A stretch of 64,000 nucleotides of DNA from Candidatus Uhrbacteria bacterium (GTDB taxonomy: Bacteria; Patescibacteriota; Patescibacteriia; UBA9934), in assembly GCA_903827265.1 (NCBI GenBank), contig CAIKHN010000003.1, forward strand, positions 24,392 through 88,391, written 5' to 3'. A program made the translations under genes and the position numbers. A model generated the notes under the pieces. The model was given only the letters and a program-made list of their open reading frames with translations, did not search any database and was not told the origin of the DNA. Shown in pieces: positions 38,452 through 48,928 of this stretch. Within the stretch, counting starts at the first letter, position 1; each line of letters starts with the position of its first letter.

Positions 38452-38607
38452 AAAAGAATGTTTCCATGCTTTTTGAGTCTGTTTGAAGCGCTGATAGGAT
38501 ATCAATAGGGGGATTTTTTGACAAGTATTGGTGTGAGGAAATGTGTAGAAAAGACGTGTGCCCGACTCTCCGGAGAGAATCGGGCACAGTGTAGCCCTTG
38601 CGTGGAG

Positions 38608-39060
38608 CTACTTGGTCGTCGCGGTGTCGGTGCCGGTATCGGTCCCGGTGTCGGCCGGGGGGTCACCGCACTCGCCACCATCCCATGCGATGATGCATCG
38701 GACGGTCAGCCCGGTCGCGAGGACGACCGGCTCCGTGGAGCTGGCGACGAGGTCGCTCTCGACCACCCAGTACGGGGCGCCATCCGCGGCCACCGACATC
38801 GCCCACTTGGACGGCTTCCCGTCCTTGTCCGCCCCGCGGACGATCCCTTCCGCCAGCACAGCTCGCGGGGTGGTTCCGTCGCAGTAGAAGAGCGGCGCCT
38901 TGCCGGAGGCGAGGTCGTCGGTCCACAGCAGGTGGCCGGCGGCGAACGTGGTCATCGTCACCCCTGGGGGCGGGGTGCACGAGGGGCCGGTGGCCTTGGG
39001 GATGTCGCCGTTGCAGGCAACGAGGAGGATGGTGAGAGGCAGCGGCGCGATGATGCGCAT
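38608..39060 (-). CDS. Lipoprotein in a high-GC (about 70%) patch with C-terminal DTGTDTGTDT repeat
   Basis: Start MRIIAPLPLTILLVAC (lipobox), GGAG SD. The overlapping plus-strand ORF is judged to be an antisense artefact of the high GC. Confidence 0.5.
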   Translation of the reverse strand: MRIIAPLPLTILLVACNGDIPKATGPSCTPPPGVTMTTFAAGHLLWTDDLASGKAPLFYCDGTTPRAVLAEGIVRGADKDGKPSKWAMSVAADGAPYWVVESDLVASSTEPVVLATGLTVRCIIAWDGGECGDPPADTGTDTGTDTATTK

Positions 39061-39298
39061 GGGAACTCCGTTCTTCGTGGGACGCGCCGGCATAGGGGAA
39101 TCCCTTTGCAGACGACTCAGAATTATGCCAGAAAATCGTGATTTGGTCAACTATACGTTATAAAAACGATGTATTTTTCTTGCGGTAAAACGGGGGTATA
39201 ACTCCGCTGAGTGTGCTCGATTTTCTGGTACAATAGTTGCGTATCTGCGCAACTCTTTTTGTATGCACGTGTGCTGATATCTGGATTTTGCGTCGCCT

Positions 39299-42200
39299 AT
39301 GCTCAGGGGAATATTCCGAAAGGATTCGAAGGGCTCGGAAGGGGTGGTTCGACGTGATGCAGACAGGCTCGAGCGAACGTATCGGCACCATGATGCAATC
39401 CGAAAGGAGGCTGTAGCATACGTCGTAAGCCAAGACCAGTCGTTTCATCCACTTCGAAGGCTCTTTGCCACAGTGCGCCATGTTTTTGCATTTGCAGCAA
39501 AATTGGTGTTGCCAGATTTTATTGTTGGGCATCCGAATCTTTGGGACAACTTGAAAGTATTAGTGTCTGAGCGGTCATTTCGTCCGTTGCGTAGCGCGGT
39601 GGTTGCGTGGCTGATTTTCTCCATCATCGTCATGTCTTCAGGACTTTATGCGGTTATTCGTCCGCAGCGAGCCGAGGCGTCGGGAACGTTCTCGATGAAA
39701 ACGGGGTACTACATGGGTACTGGTGCCTCGCTTTCCATTTCTGGTGTCGGCTTTCGTCCGGAAGTGCTTATTATTAAGGCCGATACCGCTGCGGGTTCCA
39801 TGATCTGGAAAACGTCCACCATGCCGTCGGCGACGACGTCGTATCTTGGTGTTGCAACGGCCGACAACAACGACAGCGAAATCTCTCTTGATAGCGACGG
39901 GTTTTCCGTGTCGACAGCGCTTGAAGTAAATACGGTGAACGTGCGGTATGTCTATGCCGCGTATTACGGATCAGATTGCTCGTCGAGTGGCGTTATGTGC
40001 GTGGGGTCGTATACCGGTTCTGGTGCAGCGAGCCAGGTTATTTCAACAGGATTCCAGCCAGATTTAGTTATTGCAAAACGTACGAGCGCAGTAGTAGCGA
40101 ACTTCCGTACGTCGTCGATGCCGGCAAGCAACGCGGCGTTTTTTTCAGCAGCCGTGAACGATGCAACCGGTGTGTACTTCCAGACGCTCGATGTGGGCGG
40201 AAGTTTTACGGTTGGTGCAACAAACAACGGTTTAGCCGGCGTGTTTAACTATGTCGCGTTTAAAAACCTCGCGGGAAGCATGTATGTTGGAACGTTTACC
40301 GGCGACGGTCTTGATAACAAAAACATCGCTGGTGTGGGATTCGAGCCTGACTTTGCGCTCGTAAAACAAAACAGTGCTAACGCGGCGGTATTTAATACAA
40401 CGGAAACGTGGGGAGATAACTCCTCGGTTGCAACGGCAACGGCAAACACCGTGAACAACATTCAAAGTCTTGATGCGGATGGTTTTCAGGTCGGTAACTC
40501 CGTGAACGTGAATGCGAACACGGTGGTGAGTTTTTATTTTGCCATGGGTGGAGCTCCAGACCCAGCGCCGGCCGGGACGTTTTTAATGGAGCGTGGTTCA
40601 TATACCGGTACTGGAGTTGCACAGTCTATTACCACAACGTTCCGACCAGATTTGGTCATGATTAAAGCGAACGCAACGCAATACGGTGTGTGGTCGACGA
40701 GCATGGAAAACAACCTCACGCATTATTTTGCGAACTCTGCGGTTGGATTTGCTGACGGTATTAAGTCCATGGCCGCTACAAGCTTTACTGTTGGTGCAAA
40801 CGCAACGGTGAACGGCTTAGGAAATACGTATGAGTACACGGTGTACGGCAACGCAACGACGCCACAACGTGGTGCCGGTGCTGCAGACTTCATGATTGGA
40901 ACGCATACCGGAAATGGTATTACCGCGCGAAGCATTGACCATCTTGGCATAACGCCGAGCATGATTACCATGACACGTACCATTACGACCGCTGCGCTGA
41001 CCATGTGGAAAGCTGCAAGTCCAACAATGGCCGACAATACTGCGGCATATTTTTCTGCGACTGCTGACGTTACCGACGGAACGGCATTCGCGGCGATAGG
41101 AACAACAGCATTTAGCCTTGGGACTGCTGCGACAACCAATGCGGCGGCCGGTTCTTACGTGTGGTTTGCATTTAAAGAAGGCGCACAGTTCGACATTGGA
41201 AGTTATACAGGTAGTGGTATTTCAGGAAAAAACGTGACCGGTCTTGGATTTAACCCTGCGTTTGTTTGGACAAAGGGTGCTACGGCAGTACAGGGTTCAC
41301 ACCGTTCAACGTCAACAACTATTTCTGGAGCAACCGCGCAGTATTATACGAACATCGTGAACGCCGCTGCGGTAATTATTGCCTTCGTGAGTGACGGATT
41401 TACTGTGGGTACTGCCGCAGAAGCCAACTCAAACACCGTATCGTACCGTTATTCGGCATGGAAGAGTACGTCTTCTGCAAACGCTCCGAGTACGCCAACG
41501 AATAGTTCTCCTGCATCGAGCGCAACCGGGCAAGGCTTAACCGTCACGCTTACGGGCTCTGCGTACAGTGACCCGGATTCAAATGCGCAGACTGATGCTA
41601 TGTGGCAGGTGGACGACGACGCCGATTTTGCGACTCCTGTGTGGTCTCGAACAGCGGGAGCGGCAGAAGCAACCACATCGGTTACGTCAGGAAACGGAAC
41701 GTTTGCGAATGAACTTGCAGGAGATACCGCCCTCGACCACAACACAACATACTATTGGCGCGTGAAATATTCCGATGGAATGTGGTCGAGTTGGTCGACG
41801 GGAACGTCGTTTACCACAAACACTATCTCGACGCCAACACATTCGTCGCCAAGCGATGGTGGAACGGTAACAACACTCACGCCAACCTTAACAGCATCAG
41901 CATTTTCTGATGCGCAAGGTGGGCATTCGAGCGCGTATGCACAGTGGCAAATTGATACGGGTAGTACATTTACGTCGCCTTTGTATGACTCGGGAACGGT
42001 AAGCTACGGAAATTCTCTTGCGGTTCCAGCGGCAACGCTTTCCGACAAGACCACGTATTATTGGCGCGTTCGTTACGAAGACTCCACAAACCAGTGGTCG
42101 CCATACTCAACAGCAACGAGGTTTTACGTTGCGCAATCGCTTGTAGCGGTGTACCCGCTGTTTAGTGGCTCTGTTGTCGACCAAGGCGATTCGGTGAATT

Positions 42201-45200
42201 TGGATGTTCAAGTAAAGCTTACCGACGGAACAGCAATTAACGACGCGACCGTCACAGTAAACGTGTATAACCCTTCGGGGACAAAAATTGTGACTGCGCA
42301 GGCCATGAGCTATTTATCTGGTTCAAGCGGAGTTTATCGGTACACCTATACGGTTCCAAGCACGAGCGGAAGTTATTTGTATGAAGTTTCAGCAACGTCT
42401 GGAAGTGTTTCCGGAACGGGAGCAGCGAACTTTGCTGCGAGAACAATTTCGCATGATATTTCGGCAATTTCATCGGCAGTGACATTGAATGAGGCGGCAG
42501 CAGCGGCAGAACGTGCCGCGGCATCTGCAGAGCGCGCGGCGCAGTCAGCGTCACGTGCAGTCGTGTTGAGTTTGCAGACTGATATTACTGGCCTTGTTTC
42601 AGAAATTGGAACTGGCAGAATTTCGGCAATTAAAACTGCGACTGATAGCATCGACTGGGCAGACGTGACGGGGATCGTGACGGATACTGGGGCAATTAAA
42701 CTGAAGACTGATACCATCAACTGGTCACATGTGACGGCCATTAAGACGGCGACCGATACTATCAATTGGGGTGACGTTACAGGAATCGCGACCGCTGTTT
42801 CGAGTTTACAAACAAGCCTCGCATCGCTGATTACAGAAATCGGAACCGGGAACATCGCCGCAATCAAAACAAAGACAGATACTATTTCTTGGGGGAATGT
42901 GACGAGTCTTGTCACAGAGTCCGGAGCGATTAAAACAAAAACCGACAGTATCGATTGGACGCAAGTTGCCGCAATCAAAACGACGACCGATACGATTGAC
43001 TGGGGTGATGTGACAGGAATCGATGTAAAGATTACCGCGTTGCAATCGAGCCTTGCGGATCTTATTACTGAAGTTGGAATTGGGAGTATCGCCGCTATTA
43101 AAACCGCGACCGATACAATTGATTGGGGAGATGTTACAAGTATTCTCACTACCACCGGTGCAGTGAAAACGACGACAGACACGATTGACTGGTCACAGGT
43201 TGCCGCAATCAAGACCTCGACAGATACGATTGATTGGAGCGACGTGACAGGAATCGCTACTGCGGTTTCGGCGCTTCAAACGAGTCTAGCCTCATTGATT
43301 ACGGAAATCGGAACGGGAAATATTGCCGCAATTAAGACTGCGACGGATTCAATCAACTGGAGCAACGTCACGACGATCGTCACGAACACGGGCGCGATTC
43401 AAACAAAGACCGACACGATCGATTGGGGTGACGTTGCGTTAATTAAGTCAGCAACAGACACGATTGATTGGACCGACGTTACGGGGATCGATGTAAAAGT
43501 TTCGGCGGTTCAAACAAGCATTGCGGGCGTGGTTTCGGAGATTGGAACCGGAAATATTGCCGCAATCAAAACAAAGACTGACACCATTGATTGGGCGGAT
43601 GTTTCAGAGGTGGTAACAACAACCGGTACCATTCGAACCTCGACGGATGCTATTAGCTGGGCTGATGTTGCGGCGATTAAAACAAAGACTGACACGATTG
43701 CGTGGGGAGATGTCACGGGCATTAAATTAAAAACGGACACGATCGCGTGGGGAGACATTACAACAATCAAAGCGAACGTTGCGTCGCTCATGACCGAGAT
43801 TGGGACCGGGAATATCTCGGCAATCTTAACGTCAACGTCGGCGATCCCTATTGAAGATTTAACATCACTCGTCACAACAACTGGGCAAATTAAGGCGGCA
43901 ACCGATACGATTGATTGGGCCGACATTGCGGCAATCCAAACCAAGACTGACACGATTGATTGGGATGCGGTTACTGGTATTAAAGTGAAGACAGACACTA
44001 TTGCGTGGGGAGACGTTGCAGCGATCGCTACACAGCTCACCGCGGTGCAGAACAATCTTGATGTCTTGATTGGTGCAATGATTGTGACGCGTTCGACGGT
44101 GAGTGATGCGTCGGCAACGTCGACGTCGTTTGTGACTGCGCTGTCAAACACGACAGACAATTTTTATACGAATGCCGTCTTGACGTTCACGAGCGGAACG
44201 TTAAACGGACAGGTTCGTCGTATTTCGGCATACAACGGAACAACAAAATCCATTACCGTCAGTCCTGCGCTTTCACTTGCACCAGGGAATGGCGACGCAT
44301 TCACGATTGCAAAGCAAAATGTCTACATTGAGCAGCTTGCGGCGGCGAACGAAGCGACGCAAGCATCGTTCCGTTCAGACGTCACATCGCGCTTAACGTC
44401 GATTGAAGGAAAAGTCGATACCTTAACAACAATGCTTTCACGTGTTGAGACGAATTTGGACAGTTTGCAAACCACGGTTGATGCACTTCGTGCGTCGCAA
44501 GACATGGCGTACACCGTCATACTTTCTGATGTTTCAGAAGTTCAGGCTGGAGAGACGTATCGCGCAAAACTCACAATCTCGAATTTTGAATCAGATCCCG
44601 CAGACGCGTCGTCGACTCCAACAATAACTATTTACGATTCCACGCGGACGGTGATTGTTTCTGAGGCAAGCATGACGAAGCTCTCGACCGGTGTGTATGA
44701 ATACACGTCATCTGTTTCGTCAGATGCAACGGGTGGACTATGGGAGTCTGTCGTTTCTGTTGATGCGGGCGGTGCACAGAATTTAACGCGAAACGATTAT
44801 TGGCAAGTGTCCGGTGCGCCATCGCAGGTGCTTATTACGGCAATGACCGATCTCGTCATTCCAGATATTTCGGCGGCGGTGACTATCACGAACGAGGGTG
44901 GCGCAGAATATGAATATCATTACGAGTGGTGCGTGGTGTCGTCGATGGATAATGATTGCGGCGGCGATGACGACGTGTACTACGCGTCCGCGGCAAAGCT
45001 CATTGATGTTGGCGATAGTTTTCATACAACGCTGACGGCAACGGTCGCAACAACGGGCTCGTATTGGTTTAAGGTGATGGTGTATTTCGGCACGCAAGGA
45101 AGTGGAGCATCACGAACGTTCGTCGCGGTTGCTGCTGACGGAGGTGATGGCGGTGAAACAAGCAGTTCGTCTGGTTCAAGCGGCGGAAGTTCATCGCATG

Positions 45201-46729
45201 TCACTCCAGATATCAGTTTGGCAACGAATGAAACTATTTACGCAGAAATCACCGCTACTCGGCAGGAGCTGGCGCTGAATGCTGCAAATCTCACGAGCGT
45301 TTTGTCGACGGTCGGCGTTCTGTCGTCGAGTTTGGAAACGTTGCTTGCGGTGGGAAATGAAAATACGCAAGGTTTGCAGGATGTGCAAAATAAGATTGCG
45401 GATTTACGTGCGGTTGCGGCAACGACGCAGCAACTTATCGCAAGTAATTCTGTGCAGCCAATTGTGCAAACGTACATGAAGTTCAATTCTGTTGAAATTC
45501 ATTTCCTCATTACGAATCCTGCAGACATTGAACAAACCGTGCACTTTAGCGCCTTCTTGCCGGAGGAGGCAAAGCCGGAGGATGTTCTGGATTTGAGTGG
45601 TTTGAGTATTGATTACGATGCAACAGCAAGCGCGTATCGCGTGTATGGCGACGTCACACTCGGACCAAAAGAAACCATCACAAAGAAAGTGGAAATGAAG
45701 GATATTTGGGTGTACGCAGAAGAGGATATTGCGGCGATGCGCAAGCAGATTGCATCGCTTGTTCCGTCACTTACTGGCACGCAATACGCAGCGCAGGCAT
45801 CGCTTCTTCAGAGTGATATTACTGCCGCACTCGATCAGATTACATCGTCACAGAACGCGAGCTATTCATCGCCGCAGGAGCATATTGTGACGTATCGCAG
45901 TAATGCCGATGTGATGGCGCGTGCACAAACGGCGGTGGAGAAATTGAAAGATCTCGTTGTTGAGGCGGGTGCATCACAGGGTGTTGTTGGAAAGATTGGT
46001 GGCATTCAAACATTCACAACGTGGGGGATTATTCTTGCATTGGTGTTTGGATTCGGACTTTTAGCGGCGGTTATTTTCTCGATGTGGCGACATCAGACGG
46101 TGTTGGCGGCAATGTCGCTGGGAATGTCGCAGCAGGAAGCGATGGCGATGATTTCTGGGAGATCCGTCGCGCGAAGCGTTCGGTCTTCTCGACCTGCTCG
46201 CATTTCTCGGAAACGAACGTACGTTACAAGCGTGCCGTGTGAAAATTCATTGTGGGATCGGATAAAAGCCTGGCCGTGTGCAGCGACTCGTTCGCGGATC
46301 GTACTCGGAATAATATTTTTGGTACTTGTGGGCGTTGCAGTGTTTTCTATTTACACCGCGATGAAAGGTCGGTCGGTTTCGTCTTCAAAAGAAGAGCAAA
46401 ACGATATCACCAACATAACCGAGGCACCGATTGTTATGGCTCAAGATATTCCTGCTCCTGTAGATCCAGAGCCAGAGCCAATTATCCCTCCTGTTGAGGT
46501 GCCCGTCGTTGTTACGCCTTCGGTTCCGTATGTTGTTATCTTAGATACCCCAACAGGATGGCTAAACGTTCGTGACCGTGCGGATTTGAGTGGGGGAGTT
46601 GTCGCGAAGGCGTTGCCGGGTGAGAAATACTCGTATCAGAAAACGGAAAATGGATGGGATGCTATCGTTCTGTCGAATGGAACGATCGGTTGGATTTTAG
46701 GAAACTATGCGACGATCGTCTCAGAATAA
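39299..46729 (+). CDS. Giant (2476 aa) multi-domain surface protein: N-terminal cytoplasmic region plus signal-anchor TM, repeated beta-domains, FnIII-like domains, long 11-residue tandem array, two late TMs, C-terminal SH3b domain
   Basis: Uninterrupted ORF. Roughly 120-aa modules recur (GSYTGTG...FRPDLV...). The array is AIKTxTDTIDWxDVTGI with a superperiod of about 80 aa (...LQTSLASLITEIGTGNIA). TMs IILALVFGFGLLAAVIF and IVLGIIFLVLVGVAVFSIY. C-terminal SH3b (GWLNVRDRADLSG...GWDAIVL). Confidence 0.75.
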   Translation: MLRGIFRKDSKGSEGVVRRDADRLERTYRHHDAIRKEAVAYVVSQDQSFHPLRRLFATVRHVFAFAAKLVLPDFIVGHPNLWDNLKVLVSERSFRPLRSAVVAWLIFSIIVMSSGLYAVIRPQRAEASGTFSMKTGYYMGTGASLSISGVGFRPEVLIIKADTAAGSMIWKTSTMPSATTSYLGVATADNNDSEISLDSDGFSVSTALEVNTVNVRYVYAAYYGSDCSSSGVMCVGSYTGSGAASQVISTGFQPDLVIAKRTSAVVANFRTSSMPASNAAFFSAAVNDATGVYFQTLDVGGSFTVGATNNGLAGVFNYVAFKNLAGSMYVGTFTGDGLDNKNIAGVGFEPDFALVKQNSANAAVFNTTETWGDNSSVATATANTVNNIQSLDADGFQVGNSVNVNANTVVSFYFAMGGAPDPAPAGTFLMERGSYTGTGVAQSITTTFRPDLVMIKANATQYGVWSTSMENNLTHYFANSAVGFADGIKSMAATSFTVGANATVNGLGNTYEYTVYGNATTPQRGAGAADFMIGTHTGNGITARSIDHLGITPSMITMTRTITTAALTMWKAASPTMADNTAAYFSATADVTDGTAFAAIGTTAFSLGTAATTNAAAGSYVWFAFKEGAQFDIGSYTGSGISGKNVTGLGFNPAFVWTKGATAVQGSHRSTSTTISGATAQYYTNIVNAAAVIIAFVSDGFTVGTAAEANSNTVSYRYSAWKSTSSANAPSTPTNSSPASSATGQGLTVTLTGSAYSDPDSNAQTDAMWQVDDDADFATPVWSRTAGAAEATTSVTSGNGTFANELAGDTALDHNTTYYWRVKYSDGMWSSWSTGTSFTTNTISTPTHSSPSDGGTVTTLTPTLTASAFSDAQGGHSSAYAQWQIDTGSTFTSPLYDSGTVSYGNSLAVPAATLSDKTTYYWRVRYEDSTNQWSPYSTATRFYVAQSLVAVYPLFSGSVVDQGDSVNLDVQVKLTDGTAINDATVTVNVYNPSGTKIVTAQAMSYLSGSSGVYRYTYTVPSTSGSYLYEVSATSGSVSGTGAANFAARTISHDISAISSAVTLNEAAAAAERAAASAERAAQSASRAVVLSLQTDITGLVSEIGTGRISAIKTATDSIDWADVTGIVTDTGAIKLKTDTINWSHVTAIKTATDTINWGDVTGIATAVSSLQTSLASLITEIGTGNIAAIKTKTDTISWGNVTSLVTESGAIKTKTDSIDWTQVAAIKTTTDTIDWGDVTGIDVKITALQSSLADLITEVGIGSIAAIKTATDTIDWGDVTSILTTTGAVKTTTDTIDWSQVAAIKTSTDTIDWSDVTGIATAVSALQTSLASLITEIGTGNIAAIKTATDSINWSNVTTIVTNTGAIQTKTDTIDWGDVALIKSATDTIDWTDVTGIDVKVSAVQTSIAGVVSEIGTGNIAAIKTKTDTIDWADVSEVVTTTGTIRTSTDAISWADVAAIKTKTDTIAWGDVTGIKLKTDTIAWGDITTIKANVASLMTEIGTGNISAILTSTSAIPIEDLTSLVTTTGQIKAATDTIDWADIAAIQTKTDTIDWDAVTGIKVKTDTIAWGDVAAIATQLTAVQNNLDVLIGAMIVTRSTVSDASATSTSFVTALSNTTDNFYTNAVLTFTSGTLNGQVRRISAYNGTTKSITVSPALSLAPGNGDAFTIAKQNVYIEQLAAANEATQASFRSDVTSRLTSIEGKVDTLTTMLSRVETNLDSLQTTVDALRASQDMAYTVILSDVSEVQAGETYRAKLTISNFESDPADASSTPTITIYDSTRTVIVSEASMTKLSTGVYEYTSSVSSDATGGLWESVVSVDAGGAQNLTRNDYWQVSGAPSQVLITAMTDLVIPDISAAVTITNEGGAEYEYHYEWCVVSSMDNDCGGDDDVYYASAAKLIDVGDSFHTTLTATVATTGSYWFKVMVYFGTQGSGASRTFVAVAADGGDGGETSSSSGSSGGSSSHVTPDISLATNETIYAEITATRQELALNAANLTSVLSTVGVLSSSLETLLAVGNENTQGLQDVQNKIADLRAVAATTQQLIASNSVQPIVQTYMKFNSVEIHFLITNPADIEQTVHFSAFLPEEAKPEDVLDLSGLSIDYDATASAYRVYGDVTLGPKETITKKVEMKDIWVYAEEDIAAMRKQIASLVPSLTGTQYAAQASLLQSDITAALDQITSSQNASYSSPQEHIVTYRSNADVMARAQTAVEKLKDLVVEAGASQGVVGKIGGIQTFTTWGIILALVFGFGLLAAVIFSMWRHQTVLAAMSLGMSQQEAMAMISGRSVARSVRSSRPARISRKRTYVTSVPCENSLWDRIKAWPCAATRSRIVLGIIFLVLVGVAVFSIYTAMKGRSVSSSKEEQNDITNITEAPIVMAQDIPAPVDPEPEPIIPPVEVPVVVTPSVPYVVILDTPTGWLNVRDRADLSGGVVAKALPGEKYSYQKTENGWDAIVLSNGTIGWILGNYATIVSE

Positions 46730-47177
46730 TTCTCGTGCGCGTTTTGCGCTGAACTTTGGGCCGTCGCCGTTGTGGCTTCCTGCGCTCGCGGCGATTGTTG
46801 TTGGTGCAATACTCCCGGTGTTGCTTATTCCTGTGATTCGCGTGACGGGGTTTTCTGAAGGCGTTGAGGAGGTCGCGAAAGGTATTGTGGTTTGGATTCT
46901 TGCGTTGTATTCCGTCCGTACGTGCGATCGTCTTGGATTTGCCTTGGCGTTTGGCACGATGTTCGGACTTTCTGAATCGATGCTGTACGCGAATCAAATC
47001 GCGCAGCTTGGAGACTGGTCGGTACTTTGGCTGCGTATATCGCTAACGATTCCTCTTCATGCGCTCACGGCACTGTGCGTTGCTTGGGGTATTGGACGAG
47101 GAAGAATGTGGGGGGCGCTTCTTGGTGTTGGTGTAGCGATTGTTTTGCATTTGGCATTTAATGCGCAGGGTTTTTAA
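46707..47177 (+). CDS. PrsW-family intramembrane protease
   Basis: EEVAK (EExxK), FGLSE (FxxxE) and two His (HALTAL, HLAFN) in a polytopic membrane protein. It overlaps the giant gene's 3' end by 23 nt. Confidence 0.55.
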   Translation: MRRSSQNNSRARFALNFGPSPLWLPALAAIVVGAILPVLLIPVIRVTGFSEGVEEVAKGIVVWILALYSVRTCDRLGFALAFGTMFGLSESMLYANQIAQLGDWSVLWLRISLTIPLHALTALCVAWGIGRGRMWGALLGVGVAIVLHLAFNAQGF

Positions 47178-47216
47178 ACAAAAAATCACTCCTCGATTGC
47201 TCGAGGAGTGATTTTG

Positions 47217-47561
47217 TTATTTCGCTGCGGAAACAATCTTTGCGAATACTTCTGGGTGCTTTTCTGCAACCTGCGCAAGGATCTTGCGGTCGATCGCGAT
47301 GTTAGACACTTTCAGCATGTTGATGAACCGTGAGTACGAAAGGCCGAGTTCATGAACAGCGGCGTTGATCTTCACAGTCCAAAGTGCTCGGAAGGTGCGC
47401 TTCTTGGCACGGCGGTCGCGGAATGCGTACACACCAGCCTTGAGCATTGCCGGACGAGCAAGACGGATCTTGCTCTTACGACCCCACTTGTAGCCTTTAA
47501 CACGGGCAAGCAGGTTCTTTCGGCGTTTTGTATGTTGGGTACCTCGTTTAACTCGTGGCAT
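47217..47561 (-). CDS. rplT: 50S ribosomal protein L20
   Basis: MPRVKRGTQHTKRRKNLL..., full-length bL20. Confidence 0.9.
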   Translation of the reverse strand: MPRVKRGTQHTKRRKNLLARVKGYKWGRKSKIRLARPAMLKAGVYAFRDRRAKKRTFRALWTVKINAAVHELGLSYSRFINMLKVSNIAIDRKILAQVAEKHPEVFAKIVSAAK

Positions 47562-47562
47562 A

Positions 47563-47763
47563 TTAGGAAAGATTGTATGGCATCATCGCTTTCAAGGCGC
47601 GACGGATGGTGACGCCAAAGGAGACGTCAGTGCGCTTGTTGCGCGTGGTGTTGCCGGATTCGCGGGAATTGAAGTGGCCTTGGCCAGCTTTTCGCTTCAC
47701 AACCTTACCCGTTCGGGTGATCCGGACGCGCTTGGTCATCGCTTTATGTGTCTTCATTGCCAT
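47563..47763 (-). CDS. rpmI: 50S ribosomal protein L35
   Basis: MAMKTHKAMTKRVRITRTGKV..., 66 aa bL35. Confidence 0.85.
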   Translation of the reverse strand: MAMKTHKAMTKRVRITRTGKVVKRKAGQGHFNSRESGNTTRNKRTDVSFGVTIRRALKAMMPYNLS

Positions 47764-47833
47764 ACTTGGGTTTCTAAGATGTGCGAAGGTTAGTGGAAAA
47801 CTGAGGTTTGGTCAAGGACAAGTGGGGAAGATT

Positions 47834-48391
47834 CTACGTTTGACGAGCAAGAATCATGTTCATGCGTCCATCGACTGCTTTTAATGGGCTTTCGACGCGA
47901 ATTGGGTAATGCGTTCCCAATTGCTTCACAAAGTCGTCAAATACGGCTCGGGCAACGTCTCCGTGGGCACGTTCGCGGCCTCGGAGGATCATTTCTACCT
48001 TTACCTTGTCGCCTTGTTCGAAGAACTTTGCTGCCTGCTCGACGCGGATCTGTAAGTCGCCGGAGCCGATGCGCATGGAAAGGCGGATACCCTTGATTTC
48101 CACTTCTTTGCTCTGCGCGCGCTGCTTTCGCATCTCCTTCTCCTTTTGGTATTTGAAATGGCTGTAGTTGGCGAACTTACACACCGGAGGCTCGGCTAAT
48201 GGTGAAACCTCGATAAGGTCCATGCCTTTTTCCCGAGCGAGTTCGATCGCTTTTACGGTGGCTATAACGCCGAGCGCATTGCCTTCGTCGTCAATAACTC
48301 GCACTTCTGGGGCGAGAATATTGTGGTTTGCCTTATATTCCTGAATTTCGAACTTCGGCTTTTGGAAACGGCGGTGGCGGTGAATGCGCAT
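47834..48391 (-). CDS. infC: Translation initiation factor IF-3
   Basis: IF3 N- and C-terminal domains (APEVRVIDDEGN...IRLSMRIGSGDLQIRV). The start is uncertain (IF3 often uses a non-ATG start); ATG 48391 is chosen, while the ORF track extends to 48433. Confidence 0.8.
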   Translation of the reverse strand: MRIHRHRRFQKPKFEIQEYKANHNILAPEVRVIDDEGNALGVIATVKAIELAREKGMDLIEVSPLAEPPVCKFANYSHFKYQKEKEMRKQRAQSKEVEIKGIRLSMRIGSGDLQIRVEQAAKFFEQGDKVKVEMILRGRERAHGDVARAVFDDFVKQLGTHYPIRVESPLKAVDGRMNMILARQT

Positions 48392-48454
48392 GGCAGTAGG
48401 GTTAAAGTTGCTGAAATGATAGACCAAAACCAAAAATTATGCTAGTATTTGCGC

Positions 48455-48853
48455 GGGCCTGACGGGTTTCGATACTCTTCGGATCCTCACAAATCACGCC
48501 GGAAGGGCACCATATTCCGAAATCCCGTGGTGCAACGAGATACTTGCAAACGCATTCTCAAAGGTGAAGGCAGCTATCGCTTCGGCGTTTAGCGTTCCTT
48601 CATTCTCATTGGTTACCGCCTAAGGGCCGCAACCCATCCACTTCGCAATGCCTCATAGCGGAGTTCGGGTGCAATATTATGAGACTATAGGCGTTCTCTT
48701 GTTCGCTCAGAGAACGTAACCCGTTGCAGCGAAATCGTGTCGATGATTCTTGTTCCGTCTTATCATCGCCCCGTACTTGACGGAACTGCGCGTGGAACAA
48801 ATTTGTTTGGTGAGGTGGGGTAGACGAGGGTTCAACTCCCTCCAGGTCCACCA
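48455..48853 (+). ncRNA. ssrA: tmRNA (ssrA)
   Basis: 5' GGGCCUG pairs with 3' CAGGUCC-A-CCA to give a tRNA-Ala-like acceptor stem with G3:U70. T-arm GGGTTCAACTCCC. Length is about 400 nt. smpB is 1.6 kb downstream. Overlapping protein ORFs are rejected. The tag reading frame was not resolved. Confidence 0.65.
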
Positions 48854-48855
48854 GA

Positions 48856-48886
48856 AAAAGACGACTCGCAAGAGTCGTCTTTTTCT
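48856..48886 (+). terminator. Rho-independent terminator after tmRNA
   Basis: aagacgactc-gcaa-gagtcgtctt hairpin followed by ttttct. Confidence 0.65.
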
Positions 48887-48928
48887 GTATATTGAGGTAT
48901 AGTAGGAATATCTTACTTTCATACTTCT

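Noticed and set aside
38518-39141. 207-aa plus-strand ORF next to tRNA-Asp
   Set aside because: It is antisense to the minus-strand lipoprotein (38608-39060), which has a lipobox and SD. The 70% GC generates spurious ORFs.
42560-44030. Possible CRISPR array suggested by the regular DNA periodicity
   Set aside because: The periodicity is a protein-coding tandem repeat (in frame, one continuous ORF). It does not show the repeat-spacer structure of fixed-length repeats alternating with unique spacers.
39964-45486. Nested or antisense ORFs (up to 279 aa) inside the 39299-46729 giant gene
   Set aside because: They are repetitive, low-complexity translations of the opposite strand of the tandem-repeat region.
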